Positions 35,758 through 48,624 of a stretch of 64,000 nt of DNA are shown here, piece after piece (the first letter of the stretch is position 1; each line of letters starts with the position of its first letter). The position numbers were made by a program, and so were the translations under genes. The stretch is from NCBI GenBank assembly GCA_010093605.1, contig MU004189.1, positions 255,834-319,833 of the forward strand, written 5' to 3'. Source of the DNA: Lophium mytilinum (taxonomy: Eukaryota). The notes below the pieces were generated by a model, which searched no databases, was not told the origin of the DNA, and was given only the letters and a program-made list of their open reading frames with translations.

Positions 35758-38700
35758 ATGAGCGAACCGTCCCAGTCGTCGGCAGCGCGCCGTTTCATGC
35801 GGCCCAGTGTAAGTGTTCCTCAAGCTCGTGCGTAAGCTTCAACTCACCCTTCACAGCTACGACAGGCTACGTTAATTCTCCCACGTACGGGAGAACGCGT
35901 CAAGAAGAGCTTTACGCTTCGAAGACCTGCCAGGAGCAACTCGAACGGTTACAGCGACTACGTCGACGAACGAAGCGCCCTCCTCTCCGGCGAACGCTCT
36001 TCTTCAGCATACAGCGGGCGCACCGGTGCCATTATCCGTCGATCCAAGGCTACCTGGGACTCGGCATACAAATACGCGACGTCGAAAACAGGGCAGGGCA
36101 TTTTGAAATGCTCTATAGCATATGTTCTGGGCAGCTGTGCCACCTTCGTCGCGCCCATTTCAGGCTTCCTGGGCCACAATGACGGGAAACACATGGTGGC
36201 GACCGTGACCGTGTACTTCCACCCTGCGAGGTCCGCCGGGAGTATGGTAGAAGCAACACTGCTGGCCCTTGTTGCGTTCTTCTATGCTGCCTTTATATCC
36301 TTCACCAGCATGGCTGTGTCCGTGTTCTTCGGCAGTCAGGACTTGCTTGTCTTAGGTCACATCTTGGTGCTGATTATATTCCTTGGGGGTGGACTGGCAC
36401 TTGTGGGATGGACCAAGCAGAGCTTAGGAAGTCCGTTGGTCAACGTCGCATGCTCGTTGACCTCTCTGGCCCTCATCACAGTCTTGACGAAAGAGGGGGC
36501 GGTGCAGGACGCTACATTCTCCTACGTAAAAGTCTTTCAAGTGCTGAAGATGGTGATAATGGGTATCACTGCGACTACTTTGGTGAACTTACTTATCAAA
36601 CCGATATCAGCGAGGAAAGAGCTCCGAGACGACCTCAGAAATGCGACCAACTCCCTAGGCGACATGTTCACTAGGATCACCAGGAGTTTCCTCTCTGGCT
36701 CCGAAGAAGAGCTTCGAGATTCTGGATTTGTCACAGCGTCGAATCGATACAAATCGAAATTCAAGTCGCTCGTGAAGAATCTAGGGGAAGCGAAATATGA
36801 GCATTACATCTTAGGCACTGAGGAAGAGTATAAGATACAGTCAAGAATGATCAAGTGTCTAGAACGCATGGCACAAGATATCGGAGGCTTGCGAAGCTCC
36901 GCAGAGACACAGTTCACGTTAATAGCAAAGTCAGTCGTAGAAGGCGTAGAACTGGGCGACTCATCGTATTTCGGGTTTGCCTCTCCAGCAGTCGAGTCAC
37001 CAAGCCTCAGTATAGTTGAGAGAAGGACCAATATTCTCGCCTCGATCGACGAGCTTCCAGAGGATGTTGACTCTGCAGCCGAAGAAAGTGGCGTTTCGAC
37101 GCCAGGGAATATTCCGCATGATCTACAGTCGTCTTTGACCGCCGCGGATATGTTTTCTATCTTCATCTCGCATCTGGGCCCGCCGATGAAGTCTCTTGCG
37201 TATACTCTGCGAGATGTTCTCGATGAGCTGCCGTTTGGACCTCCCCCAGCCTATGCTATGATGGTCAACAGCCATTTTCGAAGTAGTCTCGTAGATGCAA
37301 ATGATTTGTTTGCGTCCGCGCGGAAAGAAGCTTTGGCTCTCGTGTACAAAAACAAGATTCCTGAAAATGCCAGCTCGGTTGAAGTTGCAGCAGATTACGA
37401 AGAAGTGGCTGCAAGTTGTGGGTATTTTAGTTCTTCATTGCAAGACTTTGCAGAAGACATGATAGTATACCTGGACATTTTAGAAGAACTCAAGGAGAAT
37501 CGCACCCGATCTCCTAGGAGACGAACTTGGAATTGGCTCAAGTTCTGGCGCAAGTGGGGAACAGGAAACAAGAAGAGTTCTTCCAGTCAGTGATCCTCTC
37601 TTGAATGTCGAATCTTTCTAATGTATCAAAGATCAGCCAAGTCTGATGGCAGAGACGGTCGAACAAGGCCTCTCCCAGGAGATCCCTGGGCCGACGCACC
37701 AACTGAATGCAGCGCAAGAGGCAGGGAAACCTGATAAGACACGGCCATTCAGACACCATGTTTGGGAGGCTCTCAGACTGTTCCGGAGGGATGATATCAA
37801 GTTCGCTCTGAAGGTTGGAGTAGGCGCAACGCTGTATGCGATGTGGGCCTTTGTTCCCGCGACAAGACCAGTTTACAGCCACTGGAGAGGGGAATGGGGC
37901 TTGCTGTCGTATATGTTGGTTTGCTCAATGGTATGACTAGGTGAAATTACGAAACTAGAGGACCTAGGCTAACAGTTTAATTAGACGATCGGCGCCTCCA
38001 ACACCACAGGTTTCCAAAGATTCGGCGGCACCTGCGTAGGTGCCGTCTTCGCCATCGTCGCTTGGATCGTCGCCCACGAGAATCCTTACGTGCTCGGCTT
38101 CCTAGGATGGCTGGTTTCACTCATCTGCTTCTACATCATTGTTGGCCAAGGCAAGGGGCCCATGGGCCGCTTCATCTTCCTCACATACAACCTCTCCGCA
38201 CTCTACGCCTATTCCCTCTCCGCTAGGGACGACGAGGACGATGACGACGAGGGCGGCGTATCACCCGAGATCTGGGAGATCGTACTCCATCGCGTTGTCG
38301 CCGTCATGGCCGGCTGCATCTGGGGCATCATCATCACGCGCCTCATCTGGCCCATCTCCGCGCGACGGAAATTCAAAAACGGGATCACGCTACTCTGGCT
38401 GCGTATGGCCATCGTGTGGAAACGGGGCCCGCTTCAAGCGCTAGAAGGGTTCAACGACAGCTCGCAGGCCTCGTACTTGGATCTCAATGAGGAGCTGGAG
38501 ATGCAGCGATTCTTGACGCATCTGGATACTTTGAGGGCGTCTGCTTCGTCGGAGTTCGAATTACGGGGCCCGTTCCCGAATAAGTCGTTTAAGAAGATCT
38601 TGGATGCGACGAGTCGTATGTTGGATAACTTCCATGCGATGAATGTGGTGATTGCGAAGGATTTGAAGGCTAGTGAGGGGGAGAAGGCGATACTGCGATA

Positions 38701-39133
38701 TACGAAGCATGAGTGGACGCAGCTGAGTTGGCGGATTAGTCATTTGTTCTCAGGTATGGCGATGCGGACTCTAGTCAGGTTGTGGGAGTCAAACGGATGC
38801 TAACGAGCGCAGTCATGGCTTCCTCAATGAAGTTGGAATATCCTCTCAACGACGCGCTCCCTAACATCGAGCACACGCGCGACCGGCTCTTAGCTAAAGT
38901 TTTCGAGTTCAGAAAGAGTGGCGAGGAGCGGGAGAAGGCGACTGATGAGGATTATGAGCTGTTGTACGCGTATGGTGAGTAATTCCTTGCTTTGATTAAC
39001 TGGGGTTTGGGTATATGCTAATGGGTTCTCAGCGCTTGTCACTGGTCAGCTAGCACAGGATATCACGGTGGTTGGGCAGGAGATCGAACAGCTCTATGGG
39101 ATTCTGAACGAGGATGATTTGAAGCTGCAGTGA
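35758..39133 (+). CDS. FUSC/aromatic-acid-exporter (ArAE_2) family membrane protein
   Basis: LKCSIAY, VYFHPARSAGSM, FALKVGVGA, RGEWGLLSYM, IWPISARR and ELRGPFP motifs with two TM bundles. Multiple introns; stop TGA at 39131-39133. Confidence 0.88.
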
Positions 39134-39372
39134 GCCGGTTTGGATAGGAATAGTGCGAATCTATGATGTAACAGAACGTCCAATTGTGTTAATAGTGACT
39201 GGCTATGCGCATCTCCCTCCCAAGTGCTAGGATCGCACACTTCTATACCTGCCACAGTCTGCCATATGCAACATCAGTACGGAGCTGAACTCGCTGTCTT
39301 GATAGTGTTCAGGCATTGTTGAAAATGGTTACCCTCAGCACCTACAAGAGCTTAGGAGCTGGTCGCTAAGGC

Positions 39373-39776
39373 TTAGAGTGACGGTGCCCTTTTGATGGTG
39401 TAAATCGTGTAGCTAGCAAAACCGAAGCAACCGAGAGTAGCAAGACAACTGAGTGTCCCGATGAAGGCGGTGTAGCAAGGAAAACTGCAGCAGCAACAGC
39501 AAGAGTCCCGCCAAGAAAAGCTTCTAAAGAAGCCAAAGCGCCTATAGTATGCCTGTTGTATCTCGAAGTCGGTGAAGTGGCCATAGTTGTCGAAGTCGTC
39601 GAAGTCGTCTGAATCATCTACGTGCCGTCTGGGGGGAGGTGATTGCCGACGTTTAGACGCCGCGAACTGTGCTTCGGGGTCCCTTTCGCTGCGATTCTTG
39701 TTGGTTGTGTCGCGAATTGGAGGGCTGTTACTGACCTGTATGGAGGAGGAATAATTCGAAGATGCTCGTCGTTCAT
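39373..39776 (-). CDS. Small putative tail-anchored protein (~118 aa) with PPPY motif and Cys cluster
   Basis: ATG at 39776; a 47-nt GT-AG intron (39735-39689) joins MNDEHLRIIPPPYS to ERDPEAQ...SCCCCCSFPC and a TM helix. Confidence 0.55.
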
Positions 39777-40809
39777 TGCGACCTCTTACTGCAGCGCAGC
39801 TGCTGGTGATAAATCTGCTCACAAGAGCGTGCCGTTCAGTTGTCCCTTGCACACGCTTGGTAGACGATTGTCTGCGATGTGTTTTCACAAGTCAAGTTGG
39901 TTACGTGTTGCCATGGGATGGTTGTCCTGTGGGTCGCGTTTTTACTTTGGTACCATGACGTACGCCACATTTTAAACATGTCAATGTGCTTGAGGCGAGG
40001 GAAACTCTAACACCGGCTTATAAGATGGGCTTGTGTTTCATGTCCTTTTTGCTTCCTCGGTCGTGAACTCAGCAACACATGGCGTGGGAAGACTGGACAA
40101 AGATGTGAGGCATAAGAAATTCTACCTAGACGTGTCCAAAAACGAGTTGAGTGTCTGCTTATACATGGCTCGTCATAGAAATCCGTACACTCGTTGACCA
40201 CCGCATGAGGGCCTCAAAGCGTTTTCAGCACTCTGAATATGAAACCGATTGAGCATAATGAATAAATAGTAACCCACGGTATTACTCCAGACGGCGGCAA
40301 CACGGAGTACGAAGATTGGAAGCGCATGCGCTGCCTCCAGCTTTTGATAGTACGTGATAGCTAATAGTGATAGGGAAGCGTACGGATATCTATGGCAAGT
40401 CATTGTAGCGTGAAAGACTTGAGACTGGAGAGGAATCTGGCGGATATATCACTTGGGGGTAGATAGCTGATGGAACGTATGTATTTAGCTCTTCTAGACT
40501 CTCCTAGGATCGTTGCATAGCCGAATCCTATTTTGATATGTGCACCTTCTCAATTGCTAGGCTTGCATCGTCGAAAGACTCTGCCCGGCTTTTAAAGCTA
40601 AGGAAGAAGGCACTGGTATAATCTCCGCCATCCGAGTGGAGTCTCAACATTCAAAGTGAGTAAGACCATGGAAACCCAAAGAAGATGGCGGTTTAGATGA
40701 GAGCACATGGACGAGACGTCCACAGTCGAAGCAGGCAATGCTTGGACTCATAAGAGAGCAATTGGTTTATGTAATGCTGCGTTCCAAACGAGCACGCCAC
40801 ACTTCGTGT

Positions 40810-41265
40810 TCATATCTTGAGGAACTTGGTATGGCTTCCTGCAGCAACGACGGGGCCGGGCTTGTCATCGACGACCTTGTATATCGTGGTGGTGGTATAC
40901 GCCATTGTCCCGCCAACTCTATTCGTCTTCCCCTCGACCTCAATCCAGTCGCCCTTCCGAGCAGAAGAGGCGTACGAGATGTGTATATCGGTGCTTACGC
41001 CCGTCTTTCCGCGGAGATCGTAGGAAGCGATGGCGAGGCCTCCCATCCAGTCGACGAGACAGGCGGACACAACGCCGTGGATACCTCCGTGGGAGTTTAC
41101 ATGGTTCTCAGTCAGCTGAAGACGGGCCCGAACAAGGCCTTTAGAGGCAGAAGTTAAGGAGATGTCAGAAAGGAGGAATTGGTAGATGGGGCTTTGTGGT
41201 TTCCTGCCGGCCCAAAAGCGCTCCACATGAGCTAGAATCTCAGAATCTACCACTTCGGTTGACAT
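40810..41265 (-). CDS. Hotdog-fold acyl-CoA thioesterase (PaaI/ACOT13-like)
   Basis: HVNSHGGIHG, GVSTDIHISY and AAGSHTKF motifs; start MSTEVV. Confidence 0.9.
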   Translation of the reverse strand: MSTEVVDSEILAHVERFWAGRKPQSPIYQFLLSDISLTSASKGLVRARLQLTENHVNSHGGIHGVVSACLVDWMGGLAIASYDLRGKTGVSTDIHISYASSARKGDWIEVEGKTNRVGGTMAYTTTTIYKVVDDKPGPVVAAGSHTKFLKI

Positions 41266-41579
41266 TTTAGACAAGACCGTTTGAGGTTTGATATGATGGC
41301 TTTTGAATGGTGATAGAGGATGAATTGTCGTCGTTGCACAGGTGATGCAGAATGGAGAAACACTGGGGGTTTTGTCCCACGTTTCGCTGGCGCATCGGAG
41401 GTTCGGCCAAGACATCCCGGGAGTGAGTGAGATGAGGGTTGAGACCGCGAATGCGAAGTCAGCCGCGGACTTGTGGCCACTCATCCCTATTTACAGCCTG
41501 GAAGACGACTCTGCAATAGCGACCGAGGACTCCTGTCCAACGACACACCCTCAGATGTCCGCAACGATTCCATGAAGCC

Positions 41580-44500
41580 ATGACCGAACCATCCTCGCAG
41601 CCTCCCCTCCCCCTAAATGAAACCCACGGGGAGAACAAAGCGCAACCTGCGAGCGCGGAGCAGCCGGAGGAGCACACAGCTATACCAAAGGCCTCAGAAA
41701 CAATACAGAATGCGCAAACTACTGCGCAAGCCCTGACGAATCGCGCTTTGCACTTCTTGGCAACGGCGAGCAACGAGTCCCTTGGGGCATGTCTTGTAGG
41801 ATTGGGCGCAACGACATACTTAGTACTCGGGAGGGTGGGATTGGTGCTCATTGGAGTCGTGGGCGGAGTGGTGCTTCACGCGACCTGGGAGAACCAGAGC
41901 AATGGCAAAGAAGGTGCTCGAGACCATGATGCGAGACGACGGGAGACGGGGCTGGATGTTGTCCACCGAGTCCTTAAATGGCGAGGCGCTGCTGCGGAAT
42001 CGAAAGAGAAGGGAACCGAAGACGATTCTGGTACTGATATCAAGTTGTACTCTGGGAAAAACCTGGACTATTCGGATTTTAAGCCACAAACTGCGTTGGC
42101 TCTCACTGAGTTCACTGATGCCGTGGTGCGGGACTATGTCAAGTACTTCTTCTGATCTATCAACTACGGTCTCGCAAATGCTAACCTTACGGCAGATGGT
42201 GGTATTCGCCCATACTCCCTACCGAGCTATCTTTCCCCAACGCTGCCCGTCAGACCTTGACTGCATTCATCCTCTCCGTTTCCTCACATCTGTCCCGCAA
42301 GAGGCCGGCCGACACTTTCCTCGACTTTGTTACTAATTCGTCCTCCATCTTGATTGTATTCTTCACTGAACTCTCAACCGCCTTGGCAGCGTCACCAAGT
42401 ACGGCTCCTTCTGACGCCATCGATACATACCTACAAATGAAGCCGGATAGTAATCTTGCTAGTGTCTTAGACCCAAAGCATCAGGCTACAAAGTTGGATT
42501 TAGTAGCAGAAGATATTCTGCAAAACTATCTTGAGCCGAAGACATATAACTGTCAACCTGCGCGTGTATTCCTACGGGAAATACTCGCCAAAGTTATCCT
42601 TGAGATGACCGTAGCGAGCTGCTCTAAACCGGAATGGATTAATGGTTGGATTGTATATTTACTTGAAGATGGGGAACCGGAATTGTTGAATGCAATAGAC
42701 GCTGGCGTCGAGGGTTCATCGGGCGAGCGCTTACAAAACGTCACGAATCAAATAAAGCAGCATGAGGAAATCGTCAAGTCGGAGGGGACCGATGAAGAGC
42801 GAAGGAAGACTGCAAATCACAAAAGAGTGGTGAGCAAGGCACAAGAGGCGATGGACGAAGCGATGAGAGAGGCTCAAAGACTGACTGAACTCATCGCTGA
42901 AGAGGATGCTAAAAAGCTCCGTGGTCAGAAACAGCATGCATCGACTAGCAGCATAAATGACGATGTATCCGAAAGCACGACCCAAGGAATGGCAACCCCT
43001 ACTTCATCTCAAAGCGACGCCGCCAACGATCACGATAACGAAGGAACGACATCTGGTAATGCCTCGATGGAGACATCTCGATCTGTGCCCTTGGAAGCGC
43101 CATCGTCACCTCAGAAGACAGCGTTTACAAGCTTCGACCAACTTGTACCTAATCAGCCGCCTACCGCATTATTGGCCAACCCCCCAGAGAAGCCTCCGCC
43201 TTTAACGCTATATAATGCCAATCTCGTGATATTCGATGATTCAATGCCTGGGGACAAAGCCATAATCCGGACGAAACCGAACCCGGAATACCTAATACAG
43301 ATCGAACCGTCCTCCTCTCATCATCCTGGCTGGATGATAGCGAGGAAATTCCCCGACTTCGAAACCCTGCATGAAATTCTACGGCGGATCGCCACTATCT
43401 CTGGGGTGCCTGGATTCACCGAAACTCATCCCACCCTACCTATGTGGAAAGGGCACACTAAGGCCTCGTTTCGTGGTGAGCTAGAGAGATATCTGAATGA
43501 CGCAGTGCGCTTCAAACCTCTAGCTGAGAGTGAGGGCATGAAAAGGTTCCTCGAGAAAGATACCGGTCTCAGCCGATCCCCAAACACCACTGAGAAGGGC
43601 GGCTTTCCTGGTATTGGATGGCCAACACCGGCTGCCTTCGAAACCATGGGCAAGGGTATGTTTGACATTCTCACTAAAGCGCCCAAAGAGGTTGCTGGTG
43701 GTGGCAAGGCTCTTTTCGGTGGAGTCACGGGAGTATTGGGCAATGTGGGATCCCAATTAGGGCCCAAGAAGAGCAATTCCGTACAAAGCACCAGCAGTCT
43801 AAGTCGCTCGACCACTGCCTCTCCAGCTGCGAAGCATGCTCGGGCCGAGAGCACCGTTTCTGAACTGCCGACGCACATCAGAACGGAAAGCTCTGTATCC
43901 CTATTTCCTTCTCGGCGCGCAAGTCAAGATAGCCTCCGCGGTTCTCCGATTGTGGATACACAACCTGCTCTAGTTCCTCAAATGGAGAGGAGACCAAGTT
44001 ACAATCCAGAGCGCCGGCCTAGTTCGTCATCCTACGAGCGAAGCCGAAATAATAGTCGAGCACCATCGCTAAGAGAAAGCCTGGAGTTCTCGCCGATCCA
44101 CGGCGGAGATCAAATCTTGACCCTTCCACCACCTCCAACCGACATGCCTGACGACTACGGCTCACCAACATCATATGGCCCTCCCCTCCCATCCCGAAAG
44201 ACCTACCCAGAAAACGAACCCACCCACTCCCACCACCCCTCCCGCGCATCCAATGCAAGTCTCCCCCTGCCTACAGACGGCCCTACTCTCCCCGCCCGTC
44301 GCCTCTCCACCGCATCCACTACCTCCACCAACCCTCCCAAATCCGCTCGCGCCTCTACCACGAAACCCCCGAAAACCTATCCCCCCTTCTCAGAGCAAGA
44401 GACCCAAGTCACCATCGAGCTCCTCTTCGCCGTCATCAACGAACTCTACACCCTCTCCTCCGCATGGCAAATCCGACGCACCCTCCTCAACGCCGCGAAG

Positions 44501-44878
44501 ACCTTCCTGCTACGCCCGGGGAACCCGCAGCTCGACTCCATCCGCCAACTCCTGCAGTCCACCGTGCTCGACGAAAACACGTCGGATGCGGGCGTGGCTT
44601 TCCATATCCGCAAGATGCGCGCGAATGGGCTGCCCACGGAAGCGGAATTGAAAGCGTGGCCGAAGGAGATGACGGCGGAGGAGAAGGAGAGGTTGAGGGA
44701 TAAGGCGAGGCGGTTGCTCGTGGAGAGGGGCATGCCGCAGGCGCTGACGAGTGTGATGGGGCAGGCGGCGAGTGGGGAGGCGTTGGGGAGGGTGTTTGAT
44801 TGCTTGCAGGTTGAGACGGTGGCGAGGGGGGTGATTTTTGGGCTTTTGTTGCAGGGGATGAGGGCGGTGGTGCAGTGA
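41580..44878 (+). CDS. PXA-PX-Nexin_C domain membrane protein (Mdm1/SNX13-related superfamily)
   Basis: N-terminal TM pair; PXA region (RDYVKWWYSP...FLREILA...PEWIN); PX (WMIARKFPDFETLH...MKRFLEK); C-terminal LYTLSSAWQIRR. One intron at 42144-42195. Confidence 0.88.
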
Positions 44879-45412
44879 GGATTGGGGGGTTGGACTTAGT
44901 TTTCTGTGTGTATTAGTATTTGAGAACGGTTTTGGGAGAGGGGTAGAAGGTATGGTTCATTGAATGCTGGTATGGGGGAATGGTTTTGGGCGCTGGGATT
45001 GGTGTCGAGGTTGCGAGCGTTGATGTAATATAGATTTTAGGTCGCTAGGGCTGAAAGTAATACTGTAGTCCATTCTTGTAGACAAGGGACAGACCACGAG
45101 CAGATACTCTCCATGGCAGATATGATTAAACTTGTTTAGTGTAAGAGGGCCTATATCCGAGTGCTTGTAACTTCAATCAAAGTTAGAGCGTGGGTTACTT
45201 CGTATAATCAACGGGATGTATGGCATTGAGGGCGTTAAGTGGGTGTAAAGGGTACGATACTCTAAAATATCGGCCTAGTGTCTTTACATTGTCATCTGCT
45301 CGCTAGCCCGAGTTCCATAGCTGGATCACTGGCCCTGGTATCCTTCTATTCAGACAAATATTCCTCCCACTGGGCGGCTACGATCTTAGGAGGTACGAAC
45401 TAGCCTCTCGTC

Positions 45413-47608
45413 CTACATCCTTTTATTTGCTACAGCAACTCGATTCAGATCCTCTACAGTTCCGCATGCCATGTGCATTCGATTCCACCAAGCCTTCCAT
45501 TCAGGGTTTGTATGTACCAGACCCCTTGGGAGCCTCTGGACCCTTTCTTCGATACTCAGCCCTGATGTTGTTACATAGCTCCATCGCGTCAAGAGAGCAT
45601 CGATCTGAGCGCGGACAGTTGGGGCTATTTCCACGAAGTCCATATCAAAGCTCCCCTGAGTGCTCCCATTAGACCCAAACCAGAAGCGGTGGTGTTGGAT
45701 GTACTGTAATAACTAGTCAGTAGTTGTTATGGCGATGTAAAGGCATATTAGATAAGTGCGATTGAAAGAGAAGATTGGGAATTGAAATCACGAACCAAGA
45801 CTTTGATGGCCTGTCCCTTTTCAAAGGATAAGAGAAAAGAAGTTTTTTTGTCGTATGTCTGATTAGCAGTCACAGTAATGCCTTGAGGAACCGGTATTCG
45901 GAGAATAATCTCATCGCGTTTGAAGTACCCAGTCTTGCCAGTATTCTTGTCGCGACCCCACCAGCGAGGTCCTACTACCTTCAAATCCATTATCATGTTA
46001 AATTTTGTCAAGCTTAACTCTTCGTCGTTTTTCTTGTCACGATCGATGGGCGAAAATGCCTGGAAGCCATCATCCAAAGACAGCGTTTCCGGATATGCAC
46101 TCCGGAGCTTGCCTTCTTGCTCATTTCTGAGGTCTTCAATAGCAGCGTCTTCGCTGGCGACGTGGTCGGGAGTGTCAACCAAATCAATCTCATGGTCTCC
46201 TTCACGAGCGGTGAAAAAGGTTTTGACAAGTGTCCCCTGGGAAATGTGAGGCGGCAGCTCAAGGAGGTTCTTCACATAACCATCTAGATTCGACCTGCGG
46301 GCCTGAGTAATGACATCGGTCACGTATTTGACCGGGCCCAGCATGTATGGCAAAGTTCGTTCGGCATTGCCCGATGTGCCAGCCTCCACTGGGAAGGACG
46401 CAATCAGCTGGATTTGTAGGTCGTAGAAGTCCTGGTAGAGACGCTGCAGTTCCCAACACCTCCCATCTTCCATCAGGCACTCAATGTTGAACCAGAAGGT
46501 GTCCTTTGCAAAATAGTAGCGGGGGACATACGCTTTAGTAGGGGCGAGCAGTTCGGGGGAATATAACAATCGTGACTTATTCGGGGTGGACACTGGTCCT
46601 AGCCCAAGCGAGAGTACTCCTTCGTTGATACCTGATGTTTCCACCAGATCGTGGGTCACTGCATTGGCGTCCACGAGATCAATCATGTCCGGGTAGGACT
46701 GTAATTGATCGAGGACTCGACGCCTTCCACCGTATCTTCGATAAGCAGGAGATTGCATAACGATATTATCGAACTCGAACCTGGTGATCTGGGAAGCGTT
46801 GTCATCAAACAACTCGAAGATGCTGTTACGGGGGTTGTTTTGCTCGAAAACTGATTCCGGTGCGTTTATCGAGGGATTCGCTGCGCGAAGAGATTCTGCA
46901 TCCTCTGCAACCTTCCTGATCATAGCGTTGTTCTGGCGGAGTAGCTGTCCGAGTTCGTTTATAGATGTCCTATAGTTCATTGGCTACCGTTCTGAGGCTT
47001 GTAGTAGCTTATCGTCACTTACATCTGCAAAAGTTGGATCAGAAGAGTCAACGCTGTTTGTTGGCCTCGAATCTGGGACAACAGTTCCCTCATTGTGTCT
47101 TCTTTCCATATTACACGCGCTTTCTTTTTCCAATTCACGCTTTTGGCGTCCATTGTACCCATCGTCAGATTCCTTACCTCTTCATCGAGGCAAGAAAACA
47201 CGACCATGCATCCTGTCAACGCAATATCGAATGTGGCTACAATATCAGGTCTTGATTTGATCTGTTCCGACCGGCTATTGATATCCTGGAGGAAAAGGGT
47301 CTGGATTTGCGAGAGCGATGCGCTAACGATGGTTGTCTCCGAGCAAAGGCTCCCGATAGTGAGTGACGCATGCTTGTACTGGCCTCGAAGTGAGCTCAGT
47401 GCTTTTGCAGAACTTACTCCGACCGCTGTTATCTTCAACTAACACAATACGTCAGAACATTGTCCGTGGTTCAAGATATGGAGACGCTTAGGGTGATCTC
47501 TAAATCACAGACAGGCTCGAGCAAGGGCCTACAAGCTAGTTTCCTCCAGCTTCGTACCACTACTGGGATCTTACTTACCACAGCAGCGGTGATTGTCAAA
47601 GGATCCAT
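45413..47608 (-). CDS. HeLo-like (fungal STAND N-terminal) domain + Bem1-like PX + two divergent SH3 domains (~636 aa)
   Basis: Exons 47608-47579, 47438-47023, 46969-45796 and 45703-45413 splice in frame. N-terminus MDPLTITAAV...LTGC...WKEDTMRELLSQIRGQQTALTLLIQLLQM; FEFDNIVMQSPAYRR; PX WELQRLYQDFYDLQIQL...RTLPYMLGPV; SH3-like ELSL...WWGRDKNTGKTGYF and LSFEKGQAIKVL...WFGS...GSFDMDFVE. Confidence 0.82.
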
Positions 47609-48624
47609 CACTAAGCGTCTGTTCTCAATCGGCACCCGACAATCAGCCCGGATGATCTGGTAGCTACGATGGGGGATAGAGAGTCATTTGATCGACAAGG
47701 CTGGAGGTGATCTACCGCTCAGCCTCACAGCCCAAAATACGCGCATGAGAATCCTGGGCATTTCTGAGAACTAACCGGACTCCTCTCTCCCATGTTTCAT
47801 GACGCTTGGGGCGGGACATCATCTGGTTAGAATCTCAAGCACTCTATAAATGTCTGATGAGAGAGAAGTTCTAGTCCGTTATGCTGTCAATTCTTGCCAA
47901 TGATGTCAATACTCCGCGCCTGACAGATAAGGATAGCTCTTTTGGAAAGATTGTTTGACTGTTCGTGGAGAAAACCTACTTGTATCGCTGTTCGCGTAGA
48001 ATATAGCAAGCATATGGATCAGTTCTTTGCTCCTCCAATTACCCGGGCTCAAGCCATTCGTAGATTCGCCAAAATAGAGCCAGTGTTGGTGGAGGAGTTG
48101 GAGCTAGGGCTGCTTAAACCAATCGCGCTATGAACCTTGACTTGGGCTAGCGCAATCTCTTCCAAGCCCCAACGTTTCATCGGACGCCAACAAAGCTTGT
48201 GCATGTCGATGAATGCTTCGCCCTCCCCCTTGAGGCCGAAAAGGGTGCCATTGAGCGTCTACGGACGTATCACAGCTGAGCATGGCCACAAGTCGATCAT
48301 TCACTGAATCTCTGCATGGCGGCTGGCGTGGCTGTGACAACACCAAGCTGAATCCGAGCAAAGTCGCGGACTGGCGTCGACCTTGAAATGACGACCGCCC
48401 CTGCAGTTGATATGAGGGGGAATACATATAAGATGCGGGCAGCTGTCTCATGGGCCATTATCCAGTGCAACGACTACTTTCAGTGCGTTTCTATTGTCAG
48501 CTATTGCAACTTGTTTCTGGCCCCTACCTCAGCCTTATTGCATCTCTTCTCGTTCGTTCCGTTATTCCTAAAAGACAGCCTTCCCCGGCTCTTCTGAGTT
48601 CCTTAGCTTTTGCCAACCGTCGAT

